The notes: generated by a model from the sequence alone, not told the origin. A stretch of DNA of 64,000 nt from Octopus vulgaris (GCA_951406725.2 OX597830.1:65100001-65164000), one strand, 5' to 3'; positions 13,259-29,377 are shown, numbered from the stretch's first letter. Numbers and translations: made by a program.

Positions 13259-13471
13259 CTCTTTTTACTCTTTTATTTGTTTCAGTCATTTGACTGTGGC
13301 CATGCTGGAGCGCCGCTTTTAGTCGAGCAAATCGACCCCAGGACTTTTTCTTTGTAAGCCTAGTACTTATTCTATCGGTTTCTTTTGCCGAACCGCTAAT
13401 GTTACGGGGACATAAACATACCAGCATCAGTTGTCAAGCGATGTTGGGAGGACAAACACAGGCACACAAAC

Positions 13472-13502
<31 letters not shown>

Positions 13503-13674
13503 CATATATACGACGGGCTTCTTTCAGTTTCCGTCTACCAAATCCACTCACAAGGCTTTGGTCGGCCCGAGGCTATAGTAGAAGACTCCTGCCCAAGGTG
13601 TCACGCAGTGGGACTGAACCCGGAACCATGTGGTTGGTAAGCAAGCTTCGTACCACGCAGCCACTCCTACGCCT
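13259..13674 (-). mobile_element. SINE family A, full length
   Basis: Reverse complement of the consensus, head ending cagccactcctacgcct. Confidence 0.9.
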
Positions 13675-13889
13675 ATATATCTTAAACTTATATCTTAGCA
13701 GGTTGTAACAATACTCTGGTCCATGTTTCAGTATGTCCTTAAAACCACTAGGACAAAAGAAGCTCAAATCTAACCCTACTGATTTCTGGGCCTTCTTTTA
13801 TTATTAAAGCTTAAAGAAATGCCCCTTGATAATTACACTGGTTGAAATAATATCCGGTCGGCTTTCTTTTGTTTGTTACGAGATCTTTA

Positions 13890-14365
13890 TCTATGGATGC
13901 TTTGAGAGTGACATATCTGTTGCAATATTCTATAATCCAACCATCTACAGATGTTTCGAAAGATAGAAAGTTGTGAATTTAGTCGAGTTAACGGTTCCTC
14001 ATGAAGATAACATGGACGCCGCTCCGGCTCGAAAGATTGACCGTTATGTAAACTGCTTCGAGGAATGTGAAAACGCAGGCTGGAAAGCGGAGCATCTTCC
14101 AATCGAAGTCGGATGAAGAGGCCTAACTCATCGTAAAATAAATACCACCATGACCGGTATCCAAATACAGCGGAAAAGCCTAGCCACTGGATTTGGTTAA
14201 AAAGAGACGATGAGCGATGGCTAGAAGAATATTGAACTTTTTTTGATAACCAGTTGATCTCGCAAGCATTGATCTCATATCAGTGAGGAGGTGGGAGCCC
14301 GTGTGCCTTGATACCGTCGAGAGGTAGGCCCCGAAACGACGCACATTCTCTCCTGATGTCCTCAT
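13890..14365 (+). pseudogene. Hero-like non-LTR retrotransposon restriction-like endonuclease remnant and 3' UTR
   Basis: 13967-14122 translates to KVVNLVELTVPHEDNMDAAPARKIDRYVNCFEECENAGWKAEHLPIEVG*RG, matching the ELTVPWE...IEVGCRG pattern. Confidence 0.75.
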
Positions 14366-14579
14366 ACACTTGCTGGCTTCCGGTATGCGGAGCTCTCAAC
14401 TCATGGCACTTGCATGTGCAAGTTCTTTCCAAAGCATTTCTATATGACATTTCATATGAAACCATTCTGTATGCATGAGGGAATGAAAGAAAATGTGTTT
14501 GTAAAATGAATGCATGCATATGTCTGTTTTGTCTGCCTAAATGTCTGTCTGCTAACTAGCTGTCTACCTTTCTGTATGT

Positions 14580-15010
<431 letters not shown>

Positions 15011-15443
15011 GTAGCCGGGTATCTGTCTATTCATCTCTCGCTCTTCCTTTCTCTCTCTATCTCTATCTCTCAGGTTTATTGTCTGCGCGCGCGCCTGTGT
15101 GTGTATATGTATGTGCGCGATCGCGAGCCTGCGTGAGGCATTAATCTTGACATTTAAAGCTTGGTGCACATAAGTGCAGTTAATTTTACACCAGAAGTGA
15201 ATGGATGACAGTTTATATTTACGAACCGACCTCTTACGCATACACATACGCGCACGCGCAAACATACACACACACACGCACACGCACACCCACACAAAAC
15301 ACATACATACACAGAAATATATCAGTGTCGGCCTTTATATACACACGTACGTTTATGAACACTCTGATGCAAAGCCCTGTTCGTATATGCAAGTACACTG
15401 AACAATTTGGTTCGTCTACATTATCCACATCAAAGACATATAT

Positions 15444-15526
<83 letters not shown>

Positions 15527-15643
15527 ATGTATATGTATATGTACGTATGTATATATGTTTATGTCATATCTTTATATAATGTAAATATATATAATATGAA
15601 TATATATATATATATATACATATTATATATTTATATACATATA

Positions 15644-15727
<84 letters not shown>

Positions 15728-15764
15728 TTTGGATTTATATTCTCTCAAATAATTATTATTATTA

Positions 15765-15798
<34 letters not shown>

Positions 15799-16053
15799 AA
15801 CATTTATATATCATAAATTTATAGCGGTTATATGAGGATAAAGTACGACGGATCATTTAATATTTGTGCTAACAGTCGAGGTGCGGCACACACATAAACT
15901 CACACATACATTGTCCAATACGCACACGCACACACAAACACAAAGACACACATGCACGTATTCACAAAATATACATACGCTATATATATAAAGAGAAATG
16001 TAGTTAGCTAAATACGTCCATGACACTATATACATACATACACACACATATAT

Positions 16054-16131
<78 letters not shown>

Positions 16132-16554
16132 ATATATACATGCATACACACGTACCCATGGATCCTATCAAAGCATGTGTATCTGAATATATGAATATAT
16201 ATGAATAGTAATGCAAAGATCATTTCAGTGCAGCTAAAAATCAATCGCTTATCAAACTACGTATGAATTTTCGACTGAAAACACATAAATATAAGTACAC
16301 AAAGAGAGAGGGAAAGGGGAGAGCGAAAGAAAAGAGAAAGAAAGAAAGAAGGAAGGAGAGAAAGAAAGAAAGAAAGAAAGAAAGAAAGGAGGAAAGAAGG
16401 AATGAATGAAAGAGAGAAAGAGAGAAGTGAACATGTTCAGAAAGAGGAGGAGTAGCGATTTGTAGGGAGAGATGGAGGGGGAAGAGGCAGAGATACCATG
16501 ATGGACAGGTTAAGAGAGAAAGCAGGAAAGACAAAAAAAAATGTTGGTTTCAAA

Positions 16555-16965
16555 ACTTGGCACAAGGCCAGCAATTTCGAGGTAGGAATTTGTCGATTAC
16601 ATTGACCGCAGTGCTGAACAGGTATTTATTTTATCGACCCCGAAGGGATGAAAGGCAAAGTCGGCCTTGGTGGTATATGAGCTCAAACCGTGAAGACAAA
16701 CGATATGCCGCTAAGCATTTTACCCAGCGTGCTAACAATTCTGCCAGCTCGCCGCATTGAGACTAAGAAATATCCTCTTCTACTCTAGGCTCAAGGCTCG
16801 AAACTTTTGGGGAGTGGGCCAGTCGATTAGATCGACCCCCAGTATGCAACTGGTACTTAATTTTTCGACCCCGAAAGGATGAAAAGGCAAAGTCGACCTC
16901 GGTGGAATTTGAATTCAGAATGCAGCTAACCGTTTTGCCCAGTGCTAACAATTCTGCCAACTCGT
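16555..16965 (-). mobile_element. Two tandem SINE family B copies
   Basis: tcgaccccgaaaggatgaaaggcaaagtcg..ctgccagctcgcc twice (16555-16755, 16780-16965). Confidence 0.8.
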
Positions 16966-17442
16966 CGCATTGAGACGAATAAAAGAAAATATTGAGAGAA
17001 TAAATGAAAATGTAACTGCTTTGCATTGTTAAGAGCGCTTTATTAAATATTCAATACCAAATGTCTTTTTTTTTCTTGCAATCTAAATCAACTAAATAAA
17101 TAGTCTTAGTATAACGATTTAATAAATTTTTGCGTTGATTTTCTCAGAAACAGCGCCAATAACTGATCATACAAAACATTTTTAAAGTAACTAGTTCTCT
17201 TTCGTTCTTTCACTTCGTGTATCTGTGAGTGTGTATAATTCACACACACAAACACATAGTATAATCAAGTGTGTATAACACGTTAAATGTAAGTTATCAA
17301 TGCCATAATATCTGTGCGTATATATCTCTTATGAAGGGATATTATTGATTAATATCCTAAAAACAGCTGTAAGACCTTCTGACTATAAATGCTCTGATAT
17401 CTATACAGCCTTGGTTTTTTTGTCTCATTACGGAAAAAATTC

Positions 17443-17511
<69 letters not shown>

Positions 17512-17853
17512 TTTTGTGCGTGTGTGTGTATCTATCCTTTTCTGTTTTCAGCGTAGATTATGTTTTGTATTTGAAGTGTTAAAATTAAAAGTACACTTAG
17601 TCATTCTTGTGATTCTTTTCTTTTTAAAAGTTATTTGCATATTTGTATGTACGCTGTTACGACATATACTGTGTGTGTATGTCACTTTTTGTGTATGTAT
17701 GCATGTACATACATACGTACATTGCTTGTGCCACATTCAAACGTTTCTTTGTTTTATCTTTTTCTCTGATTTTTAATTAACTATATATGTGTATATATAT
17801 ATATATATATATACATACATACATACATACATGCATATATATATATATGTATG

Positions 17854-17916
<63 letters not shown>

Positions 17917-18329
17917 ATATAATGTTATACTCTTAGTGTAACCCCTAACGTGTAACCAAGTACATCATGTCGTACGATCGGACCGTCAGCAACAACTAAG
18001 CTGGCATCTCTGCTTGGTAAGGAGGATTGCTTTCGTCGGACACCCTTGAAGCATGAAAAATAATACCTGTCAAAGGACGGATGAACTCAGTAGTTACAGG
18101 CCATCCAACAGCTGGGAATGAGAGATCCCTAGTCTCTGTTTAGACATCTCACTGGGAGGAAGAAATTCCCAGATAACACCCACCTCATTGCGAAACGAGC
18201 AGGACTTTCTATATGAGTCATAAGCATTGTTGTGCAAGTTTTTATTGACTTTAACATCTGGGATCAGATAATTTGTTAGCGATGGTTGTACTCGTCTACG
18301 TATGAGCTGCCAGCCAATATATATCATAT

Positions 18330-18461
<132 letters not shown>

Positions 18462-18476
18462 ATATATATATATATA

Positions 18477-18770
18477 GTGGGTAGTTAGGGTAGCGGACTC
18501 GCGGTCGTAGGATCGCGGTTTCGATTCCCAGACCGGGCATTGTGAGTGTTTATTGAGCAAAAACACCTAAAAGCTCCACGAGGCTCTGGCAGGGGGTGGT
18601 GATCCCTGCTGTACTCTTTCACCACAACTTTCTCTCACTCTTTCTTCTGTTGGCTTGCTCGCATAGCCAGCGGGGTGGCGTTTATCGAAGGCTAAAACAA
18701 TGCGAAGCGCATTGTGACCAGCGATGTGTAGCAACATCTGATGGTCTGGTCGGTCACGTGATCACGTGAT
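18477..18770 (+). mobile_element. SINE family D in (TA)n
   Basis: tRNA-like head, tail tgtgaccagcgatgtg...ggtcggtcacgtgatcacgtgat. Confidence 0.88.
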
Positions 18771-18789
18771 ATATATATATACACACACT

Positions 18790-18858
18790 TTTATTAAAGC
18801 TGCAAGATCAGCGCAAAACTGTCGCTCAGTGTTTCTCGTTCCCGTTGGTCGGACAGTT
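18790..18858 (-). mobile_element. Family G short element with decayed hammerhead motif
   Basis: Reverse complement actgt CCGACCA acgggaacga GAAA cactgagcg acagt; relatives at 44190 and 60772. Confidence 0.5.
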
Positions 18859-18893
18859 GCGATAAATACTCGATATTTATATATATATTTATA

Positions 18894-18953
<60 letters not shown>

Positions 18954-18979
18954 TACATACATATGTATGTATATGTATG

Positions 18980-19313
18980 CCATCCGTCCTCAACAAAAAT
19001 CTAAATCGCATCTCATAACATCAATACGGCACAATTATTTCACCTCAATTAAACCTGTTCTCTTCAACATTACACCAGGACACGTCAAAACAGAAACTGA
19101 CCACACAAAATTCAAAAAGTCTTTGGACAAATTCCTTCAAACAGTCCCGGAGAAACCACCCACACCCGGATATGTCTCCGCAAACAATAACTCTCTGCTC
19201 GAATGGGCCTTGGTGCCCAAATCCTGAATTGAAAGACTTCGCCAGGTGGTGCTATTAAGTTAGACATGGCCTGGGCCAACACTTGCCAAAACCATTCTAA
19301 GTTATCCTAAGTT
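18980..19313 (+). mobile_element. CR1-like LINE 3' end
   Basis: PVLFNITPGHVKTETDHTKFKKSLDKFLQTVPEKPPTPGYVSANNNSLLEW* then a tail with ctaagtt repeats. Confidence 0.75.
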
Positions 19314-19314
19314 A

Positions 19315-19651
<337 letters not shown>

Positions 19652-20487
19652 CAACGCGTGCTTTAGGTTATCTACACTGTCAGATTCTTGGCTAACATCA
19701 AACATCTCCAATTACCGAAAATCCTGGATTCACAACGATAAAGCCATTGTGTGGTTTTTGTAGCGAGTATTAACACATCTTTAACGATAATTGTTTCTGT
19801 ACCAACTCTGTATACAACGTAAGCGCACGCAAAATTTTCAAGTGAAAATTGACGTAATTTTTGAGGCACAACCTCAGACCTGCATCAAAACTACTCTCTT
19901 ATATTGCATCATTTATATACATATGTATACATATATACTGTTATGTTGAAGTAGAACGACCCTATTGGTTTGCTCCTAATAGACTGTGCCACAATATAAC
20001 TGGACATACGCAGAGAGTCATTTGAGCAGCAGTGTAAAGCCGGAAGTTGCGTATTGTTGAGGGTTATTACTAGTATCGGGAGTAGAACGATTTGCGAGGA
20101 CATTACGTTATATCGTATGTGGAACGTGCGATACAACAAATACATACATACATACATACATATACACATACATACATACATACATACATACATACATACA
20201 TACATACATACATACATACATGCATGCATGCATACATGAAACGATCGTAGTGTTATACTCTTTATCTTTTATTAAACTTTTAATACTTTTGATATATATT
20301 TAAATAATATAAATTAATTAATTTTATGTATTGGCTTATGTTTTTCATTGTTTGATTTGCCTAATAGTGGCTTTATCTGCAATTTAATATAATATAATAT
20401 AATATATTTATACTATAAAATTGGATTTAATCCTAAATCTGATTTTTCCCTGTAAGTTTGGATTTATTCCCTAATATTTTATTATTA

Positions 20488-20575
<88 letters not shown>

Positions 20576-20949
20576 TTATATATATATATGTACAGACAGA
20601 CGAAATGCTAGTTAGATTTTTGTCCGACGTACAAATGATTCTGTTTATAAAACAAATATTTACACAAAAATGCTGTTGAAAGTGTAACGAAACTCATAAT
20701 GATTGAAATAATTATGTTCGTATAAAACTGCAACGTCCACCTGTGTGCATGAGAACCCGCTAATTATGCTATCCCTCCACTTGCTGCATTTTCTCTTTTT
20801 TTTAAATTTACTTGCTAATTCTCCAGAATTAGAGGAATGGGCTGAGTCCATGATCGTTACTGGCTCACCAAGTCCTGTGAGGTTGTTGCCGTTAGTATTC
20901 AGTTAATAATTTTGCAGATCAACGGCTAAGCTAAGAGGAGACTCGAGAG

Positions 20950-21200
20950 GGACAATGTTACGGGGTTAGAAAGATTGAATATAGAGGTTAATAAGGGGAA
21001 GGAAAATGGATGCGATAAGAGTGACAAGAAGTACTGAGACAAGTGGGTCTCGGTTCCTGATTAATAGCAATACGAAATCAGGTATATCTGAGGAACAGGG
21101 ACGATTATAGTAACAAGAGGAAATACAAACAAATGAGACATAAAGAGTGTGTACCAGAAGCTGGCGTGTGTCTGTTAGTGATGGAATACTACTCAGTTGC
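20950..21200 (-). pseudogene. Decayed LINE C-terminal relic (CR1/L2/Jockey group)
   Basis: SIPSLTDTRQLLVH...CYYNRPCSSDI resembles L.HRR.V..L.LFYRYY.G.CSSEL. Confidence 0.45.
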
Positions 21201-21588
21201 TCTCCTCCTCCGGCGCGCCTGCGATGGATTGTGGTAGATTGGCAATTGTTTAGTAAACAAAATGTCGCCGAACTTTTGTTCCCTCAGCACACTGCTCCAT
21301 ATTACGGTGTTTTTCTCTTTCTCTGGGTTTTATTTGTAGTTCAAAGTATTTGCAAAAGATAACGTTTCGATATTCCAATTTTCGTTTGAGTAGTGGAGAC
21401 ATGTATAGTGATGTGGTTGTTGTTGTTGTTGTGTAGATATAAACCATATAACAGATATTCTACACAACAAACAGATGAAGCAATAAAACAACAAAAGCAT
21501 AAACAAAACGAATTTCCACAACAACAGAAAATTTATATAGCCTTATATAATACGTAAACAGTATTATACCTCAGAAAACGTAATAATG

Positions 21589-21635
<47 letters not shown>

Positions 21636-21729
21636 GCACACACACACACACACACACATACACATACACACACACGCATCAGGTATTGCTGACGGTGCAG
21701 TAGAACCTCGCAAGTATACGCTATAGAAA

Positions 21730-22490
<761 letters not shown>

Positions 22491-22745
22491 TTTTTCAGCT
22501 AAAGTCATGAAGAAGCGAGGCACGAGTCAAGGAGGAGGTTTAGTGTAAGAAAATATAATGATTGGATCTACTTAATTACATAATTATGGATGAATGTCTC
22601 TTGAACACGGAACATTAACGAGAGGCCAAGCGTCGGATTTAATGATTGAAATAACTGAAACATCAGTAACAACAACAACAACAACAACAATAAATACATC
22701 GACGAAGAATTGACTACTTGTAACAACGCCCATGTCTGTGCCTCA

Positions 22746-22776
<31 letters not shown>

Positions 22777-22783
22777 TCTCTGC

Positions 22784-22814
<31 letters not shown>

Positions 22815-23099
22815 ATTTCTCTGTATATTGCAATTGTTTGTTGCGTTGATTATTACTATTTTTTAATGTTTGCATGTTTTTCACTGTTTATTTTAAATTT
22901 GTTTTGATGATTACACACACGCGTCCGTGCACACACACGCGTCCGTGCACACACACGCGTCCGTGCACACACACGCACACACACAAACACACACACACAC
23001 ACACATACACACATATTACTTTTCTTCTTTCGTGCTATCGTACTTTTCTTCTTTCTTTTCGCCCCCTTTCTTTTTCTTTATGCCTTCGCCCCTTTAGCC

Positions 23100-23146
<47 letters not shown>

Positions 23147-23159
23147 CAACAACAACAAC

Positions 23160-23467
<308 letters not shown>

Positions 23468-23489
23468 GATGATGAATTTTCATTTATTT

Positions 23490-23725
23490 GCCACGAGGGC
23501 GAAAGATTTTCGCAACTTTCACCCACCTTTCAATAAACTCACTCGAGGACAGCACTTCTCTCTCCACTCTCAATTTCCTTTTCATTTGAAGCTTGAAAAA
23601 GCCAATGAGAACTCTGCTAAAGTGGAATGTATCTGTCCTCATGCCTTTCAGCCTTGTCCACCAAGCAACTTCTTTCGTCTCAGCCATCAAAGCAATGGAA
23701 AATTTCCTTGCCTGCCTGATTACGC

Positions 23726-23761
<36 letters not shown>

Positions 23762-24410
23762 GAGGAGGAGGAGGAGGAGGAGGGCGGTGGTGCAATCATC
23801 ACTACCGACTAGGCCAACAGACGGATCCGTCCCACACGTGACAGTAACTGTTCAACATAACCCCAAAGTCAGCAATGCCCGGACACTGAACGAGGGCGTG
23901 CAGAACGGTTTCGTCCCTCTGCGCGCACCTCGGATAAGTCCGTTTGACAGCGCATCCGTGTCTGTAGAGTTTATCTCGAACATGTCGTGTCTTACCCCCC
24001 CCCCCCCAGTAGCACTGCCAAGCCAAGGGCATCTGGAAATTATCCATGATAGTTCCCGACTGGAAAGTCCTCCGAAACATACTCGCCAGTTCGTTCTCGT
24101 CGGCAATACAGAGTTTCCCAGAGAACGTCGTCGCACTTCCCCGCCACTAATCTATAAATTTCTAAATCGGAACATCAACCGATCCCATTGCCCGACTGGT
24201 AGAGGTTTGTGAACGCCCGACGACATTCTAGGTGCCAGGCGCCCACTCGCGGTCTTTCCTTCAGCCATGACTGCAGCTCCATCAAGGAGGTGCAGAAAGT
24301 CGCGCCTCACAAACGGAGCCCACACGCACTGACCGCCTGAATATTGGAACACGTCCCTGCCACAAGAATTTTAATGAAACACTCCAACCTCGTCAAGCAG
24401 TGTCCACAAT
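23490..24410 (-). mobile_element. L1/Tx1-like LINE C-terminal fragment with Cys/His zinc-binding region
   Basis: MDNFQMPLAWQCY..VRDKLYRHGCAVKRTYPRCAQRDETVLHALVQCP and AKEVAWWTRLKG-like segment; interrupted by AAT/GGA repeats. Confidence 0.75.
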
Positions 24411-24414
24411 AATA

Positions 24415-24522
24415 AGTTAGGTCGACTTCGCGATGAAATAAGTAGCAGTTACGCACTGGGGTCGATGTAATCGACTTAATCCCTTCCCGAAAATTTGAGG
24501 CCTTGTGCTTCCAGTAGAATAG
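24415..24522 (+). mobile_element. SINE family B 3' fragment (tail type 2)
   Basis: cactggggtcgatgtaatcgactt..cccttcccgaaaatttgaggccttgtgc. Confidence 0.7.
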
Positions 24523-24532
24523 ATTATTATTA

Positions 24533-24590
<58 letters not shown>

Positions 24591-24591
<1 letters not shown>

Positions 24592-25089
24592 GAGTGAGAG
24601 AGCAGTTCATGCCATGAAAGTGACACTGGGGTAAAATATACGAAGCCCAGTATACCCATCATGACTACCCGTCTGATAAGGGTACACCAGGCACATGCAT
24701 CACAACCATATGTGCGCAACATGGTGATCTCATATCAAGATAAACAGCACATGACCTTGCAGGTGGGGCGCAGTTAGAATTTTCTTCAGGTTGAGTAGCC
24801 CATCCCGCTCAAAAGGTCCATGAATAAGGATTGTTTAAGGATGTTGAACGAACCACCCATGTTTCCAAAGGTGAATTATAAAACCTCCAAGAATTCCTTT
24901 CAACACATGGCTATGATGCTCCCCCACTACTTCTGCTCATGATCAGAGGTGCACATATCGTCAACCACTAAGGGACATGCTCAACTGGTTACGGTCAAAC
25001 AACTGACAAGCAAATCTGTGGTATTGAGCAGAATATTTGCTGTAGCCCATCTTTTATACCAAGACAAAACAATGTACATGATAACACTT
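24591..25089 (-). mobile_element. Family F non-autonomous element in (TTA)n
   Basis: About 500 bp shared with 32122-32620; both flanks TTA repeats. Confidence 0.88.
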
Positions 25090-25831
25090 ATTATTACTAT
25101 TGTTGTTGTTGTTGTTGTTATTATTATTACCATCATCATTGCTGTTGCTGCTATTGTTGTTGTAGCCTCCACCTCCCCATCATCACCGTCGTCACCGTCA
25201 TCGTTTCCCATCATCCTTATCGCCATTCCTATTAGTGTTCGCCTTCCCTTCTTTTTCTCTCCTCCCCCTTTTTCCTTCCAGTTGTGACTGCTGTCGCTGT
25301 CGCCGTCGTCGTCACCAAGATTATCCCGATGCGATGATCTCCTTCGCACGTCACCATCATCGATTTTCTTTGCCAAACATCGTATTGCAAATCCTCGTCA
25401 ATCACCTACACAAATACAACCACGACCATCACTACCACCATTGCTATAATCGCTACCATCATCATCATCATCATCATCATCAAAACCAAGTTCAATACTA
25501 TCACCACCACTACCACCACCATAACCAACGCTGTCATCACAACCACCATCATTATTACCACCAGCACCATCACCACCATCAACACACCACCGTCGTCACC
25601 ACCACCAACGCTACCACCGCCATCACCATAATCGCCATCACAGTCATCACCTCCACCATCACCCCACCCACCAAACACTACCACCATCAACAACACCACG
25701 ATCGTCACCATCGACGCCATCACCATCACCGCCACTACCACCACCATCACCACCACTACCACCAACAACAACAACATCGCCACCACCACCATTAAAACCA
25801 CCGTTGCTACCACCGTTGCTATAATCGCTAC

Positions 25832-25863
<32 letters not shown>

Positions 25864-27255
25864 CAACCAAGTTCAATACTATCACCACCACTACCACCAC
25901 TATAACCAACGCTGTCATCACAACCACCATCACCACAGTCATAACCACCACCATCATTATTACCACCACCACCATCACCACCATCAACACTGCCACCGTC
26001 GTCACCACCACCAACGCTACCACCGTCGTCACCACCACCAACGCTACCACCGCCATCACCATAATCGCCATCACAGTCATCACCACCTCCACCATTACCC
26101 TACCAACCAAACACTACCACCATCAACAACACCACCATCGACGCCATCACCATCACCGCCACTACCACCACCACCACTACCAACAACAACAACAACAACG
26201 CCACCACCACCATTAAAAAACTAGAGACAGCAAAAACAGGAACAAGAACAACAATAAACCACAAAAACAACCCAACAAATCAAAAAGAAAATAATAAAAA
26301 TCCAATATGGCGCTAAATATGAAAACAATAAAAAAAATAAGGGAATAAAACGTTGAAAAGAGATAAAAAAAAAGGGAAGCTGTTAGTTGTAGGTTTTGGA
26401 TTTGTAAAGAGAGAGAAAAAATGGCTGAAACAATGGAGAAGAAAATGGCGTAAGATGTCTGTATAAATGGTAAGGTTATATGGGTATATGGGTGGGTATG
26501 GATAAAATGGTGGCGGAGAAGAGAGTGTGGTGGTGGTGGTGTGATTGTGGGGTGTGGTGGGGTGGGTGGTGTGTTTGAGGATAATGATGGTGGTTGTGGT
26601 GGTTGTGGTGGTAGTGGTGGTGGTGGTGATGGTGATGATGGTGGTGGTGATGGTGGTGGTGATTATTGAGACGGTGGTGGTAGTGGTGATGATAATGGTG
26701 GTGGTGGTTGTAGTGGTGGTGATGGTGGTGATGATGGTGATGATGGTGATGATGGTGGTGATGGTGGTGATGATGGTGGTGGTGGTGGTTGTGGTGGCGG
26801 CGGTGGTGGTAGTGGTGGTGCTGCTGATGGTGGTGGTGATGGTGATGGTGGTGGTGATGGTGGTTGTGGCTGTGGTGGTGATGATGGTAGTGGTCGTTGA
26901 GATGGTAGTAGTACTACGGTGGTGGTAGTGGTGGTAGCGGTGGCAGTGCTGGTAGTGATGGTGGTGGTAGTTGAGGTGGTAGTAGTGGGTGATTGTTGTG
27001 GGGCAGGAGTGATTGTGACAATGAAGAGAGCAGAGTCGGAGGTCTGGGGATGGTAGTAATGATGGCAACTGTAGTTGCGGTGGTAGTGATGGTGGCAGCG
27101 GCGGTGGGGGCGGCGGTGGTGGTGGTGGTGGGTGATTGTGTGCGGCGGAGGGATTGATTGTGGTAATGAAGAGAGAGTATAGCGTTGGAGGTGGTTTAGC
27201 GATGGTAGTGTGGTGGTGATTGTAGTTGTGGTGGTGGTGTAGTGGTGGTGGTGGC

Positions 27256-27295
<40 letters not shown>

Positions 27296-27610
27296 GTGGC
27301 GGTGGTGTCAATGTTGGCGGTAATGGTGTTGGTTTGGAGAGGGGGTGGTCTTGATAGGCATGATGGTAGTGATGGTAGCGGTGGTGGTAGAGGTGGTAGT
27401 GGTGCAGCTGTATTAGGGTGGTGGTTGCGGTGGTAGAGATTTGGTAGCGGTGGAGGTGGTGTTGGCGTCGATAGTGGTGGCGATGATGACAATGTCGTCA
27501 ATGACGGTGCAAGTGTTAATGATGATTGTGGTAGTATTGGTGATGGTGTTAGTGGAGGTTGTGGTGGTGGAGGTGTTTATTGTGATGGTGGTGGTGGTGG
27601 TGGTGGTGGA
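25090..27610. repeat. Degenerate trinucleotide region: (CAC/CAT)n then (GGT/GAT)n
   Basis: Direct reading; polarity switches across a non-repetitive spacer at 26220-26520. Confidence 0.9.
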
Positions 27611-28044
27611 ACAAAAGAAACAATCACTTTTAGACATATCCATAGGTGTTCAATGGAAAATGTTAAAGACACGTGGATAGGCTTAAGGTCCGCGGTGGTG
27701 AGGAGAGGAACATGGTGGTTGAGGAACACAGCATGGTGCGAGATATGAGTATGGAGTACGAAGTTCGGAGTACGGAAGTGAGTGGGGTGTGCGTTGTGGG
27801 TGGTAAGTGGAGTGTGAGGGGCGGTGGGGTGCTGTGATGGACCATTAAGTAGCATATTTTTTTTCTTTTTTTACCCCATGAAATGGCTTCTCAGTAAAAG
27901 TTATTATTCTAAAGTTTTTCTTTACAGGTTTCGTTTGGAAAATGAAACGTGAAGGTGTATAGGTATATATGCATATAGACAGAGACACACAGACACATTT
28001 GTTTATTTATACACACTCCCATATATATATTTATATGTAACGTG

Positions 28045-28100
<56 letters not shown>

Positions 28101-28207
28101 CGTGTATATATCAGATATAATAAGGAAGATATATATGTGAGTATATGTCTTGGTTATGTGTACGTGTTTGTATGTATAAACATATATATATATATATGTG
28201 TGTGTGT

Positions 28208-28244
<37 letters not shown>

Positions 28245-28657
28245 TGTGTGTATACACACATATATGTATATCCATGATTGAATAAATACATACATAGACA
28301 TTCATATCATGCATGCGTATATATACGTACATATGTATGTATGTATGTGTGTATGTATGTATGTATGTATGTATGTATGTATGTATGTATGTATATATAT
28401 ATATATATATATACATACACATGCACACGTATATGTGTTCACATACACATACATACATTTCACTATAAACGTAAACATATCTATACATCTAAAGCACGCG
28501 CGAAAAATAAGCAAGAAAAATCAAGGAAGAAACAAATAAGAACATTTGCAATATTCAATGAATAAACGTGAGCATGTTTTAATAATGTATTATTCAGAGA
28601 GAGACACGCTTCAATGCACACATGGAGGTTAGAATATATATATATATATATATATAT

Positions 28658-29335
28658 AGCAATAATAATTCTCTAAAAGAGATATAGACAGTAACTGCTC
28701 GATAACATAAGGGACTAAAGCAATCTGAATATGGCTAGGGACAGGGCAGGGTGGTGGGGGTGTTACTGTTGCATTTAGCCCCAGGCGAACATCGACGTCA
28801 CCAGAAAGGCTCGACACCGTCACGGTGTCCTTATCCTGCAAAGGGAGGTAATTCCCCGATGAAGCGGAAACCACACACGGACCATGGTTTCAAGGTGATA
28901 TTGCCTATCGTCGGCGTGTGGTAGGCTTCCGCTTCCTCGACGAATCCTCACTCTGCAGGATATTCATATATAGATTTTCAAGCAAAATACATTTGCTGAT
29001 TTCGAAAATCTGTTCGAAAGCAATAATAATTCTCTAAAAGAGATATAGACAGTAACTGCTCGATAACATAAGGGACTAAAGCCATCTGAATATGGCTAGG
29101 GACAGGGCAGGGTGGTGGGGGTGTTACTGTTGCATTTAGCCCCAGGCGAACATCGACGTCACCAGAAAGGCTCGACACCGTCACGGTGTCCTTATCCTGC
29201 AAAGGGAGGTAATTCCCCGATGAAGCGGAAACCACACACGGACCATGGTTTCAAGGTGTATTGCCTATCGTCGGCGTGTGGTAGGCTTCCGCTTCCTCGA
29301 CGAATCCTCACTCTGCAGGATATTCACTCTGCAGG
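28658..29335. repeat. Direct tandem duplication of an about 310-bp structured element
   Basis: 28658-28966 nearly identical to 29019-29326. Confidence 0.92.
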
Positions 29336-29337
29336 TG

Positions 29338-29339
<2 letters not shown>

Positions 29340-29377
<38 letters not shown>

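Noticed and set aside
19937-20140. Solo LTR with TG...CA ends
   Set aside because: No TSD or second copy; the termini are expected by chance
25235-27680. His/Thr/Pro-rich ORFs resembling mucin, formin or His-rich proteins (also 37336-38055, 62860-63403)
   Set aside because: Degenerate trinucleotide repeats open in several frames on both strands, with no domain or splice evidence
28855-28880. CCGATGA-agcg-GAAA as a hammerhead
   Set aside because: No room for stem II, and these bases are paired in the long hairpin
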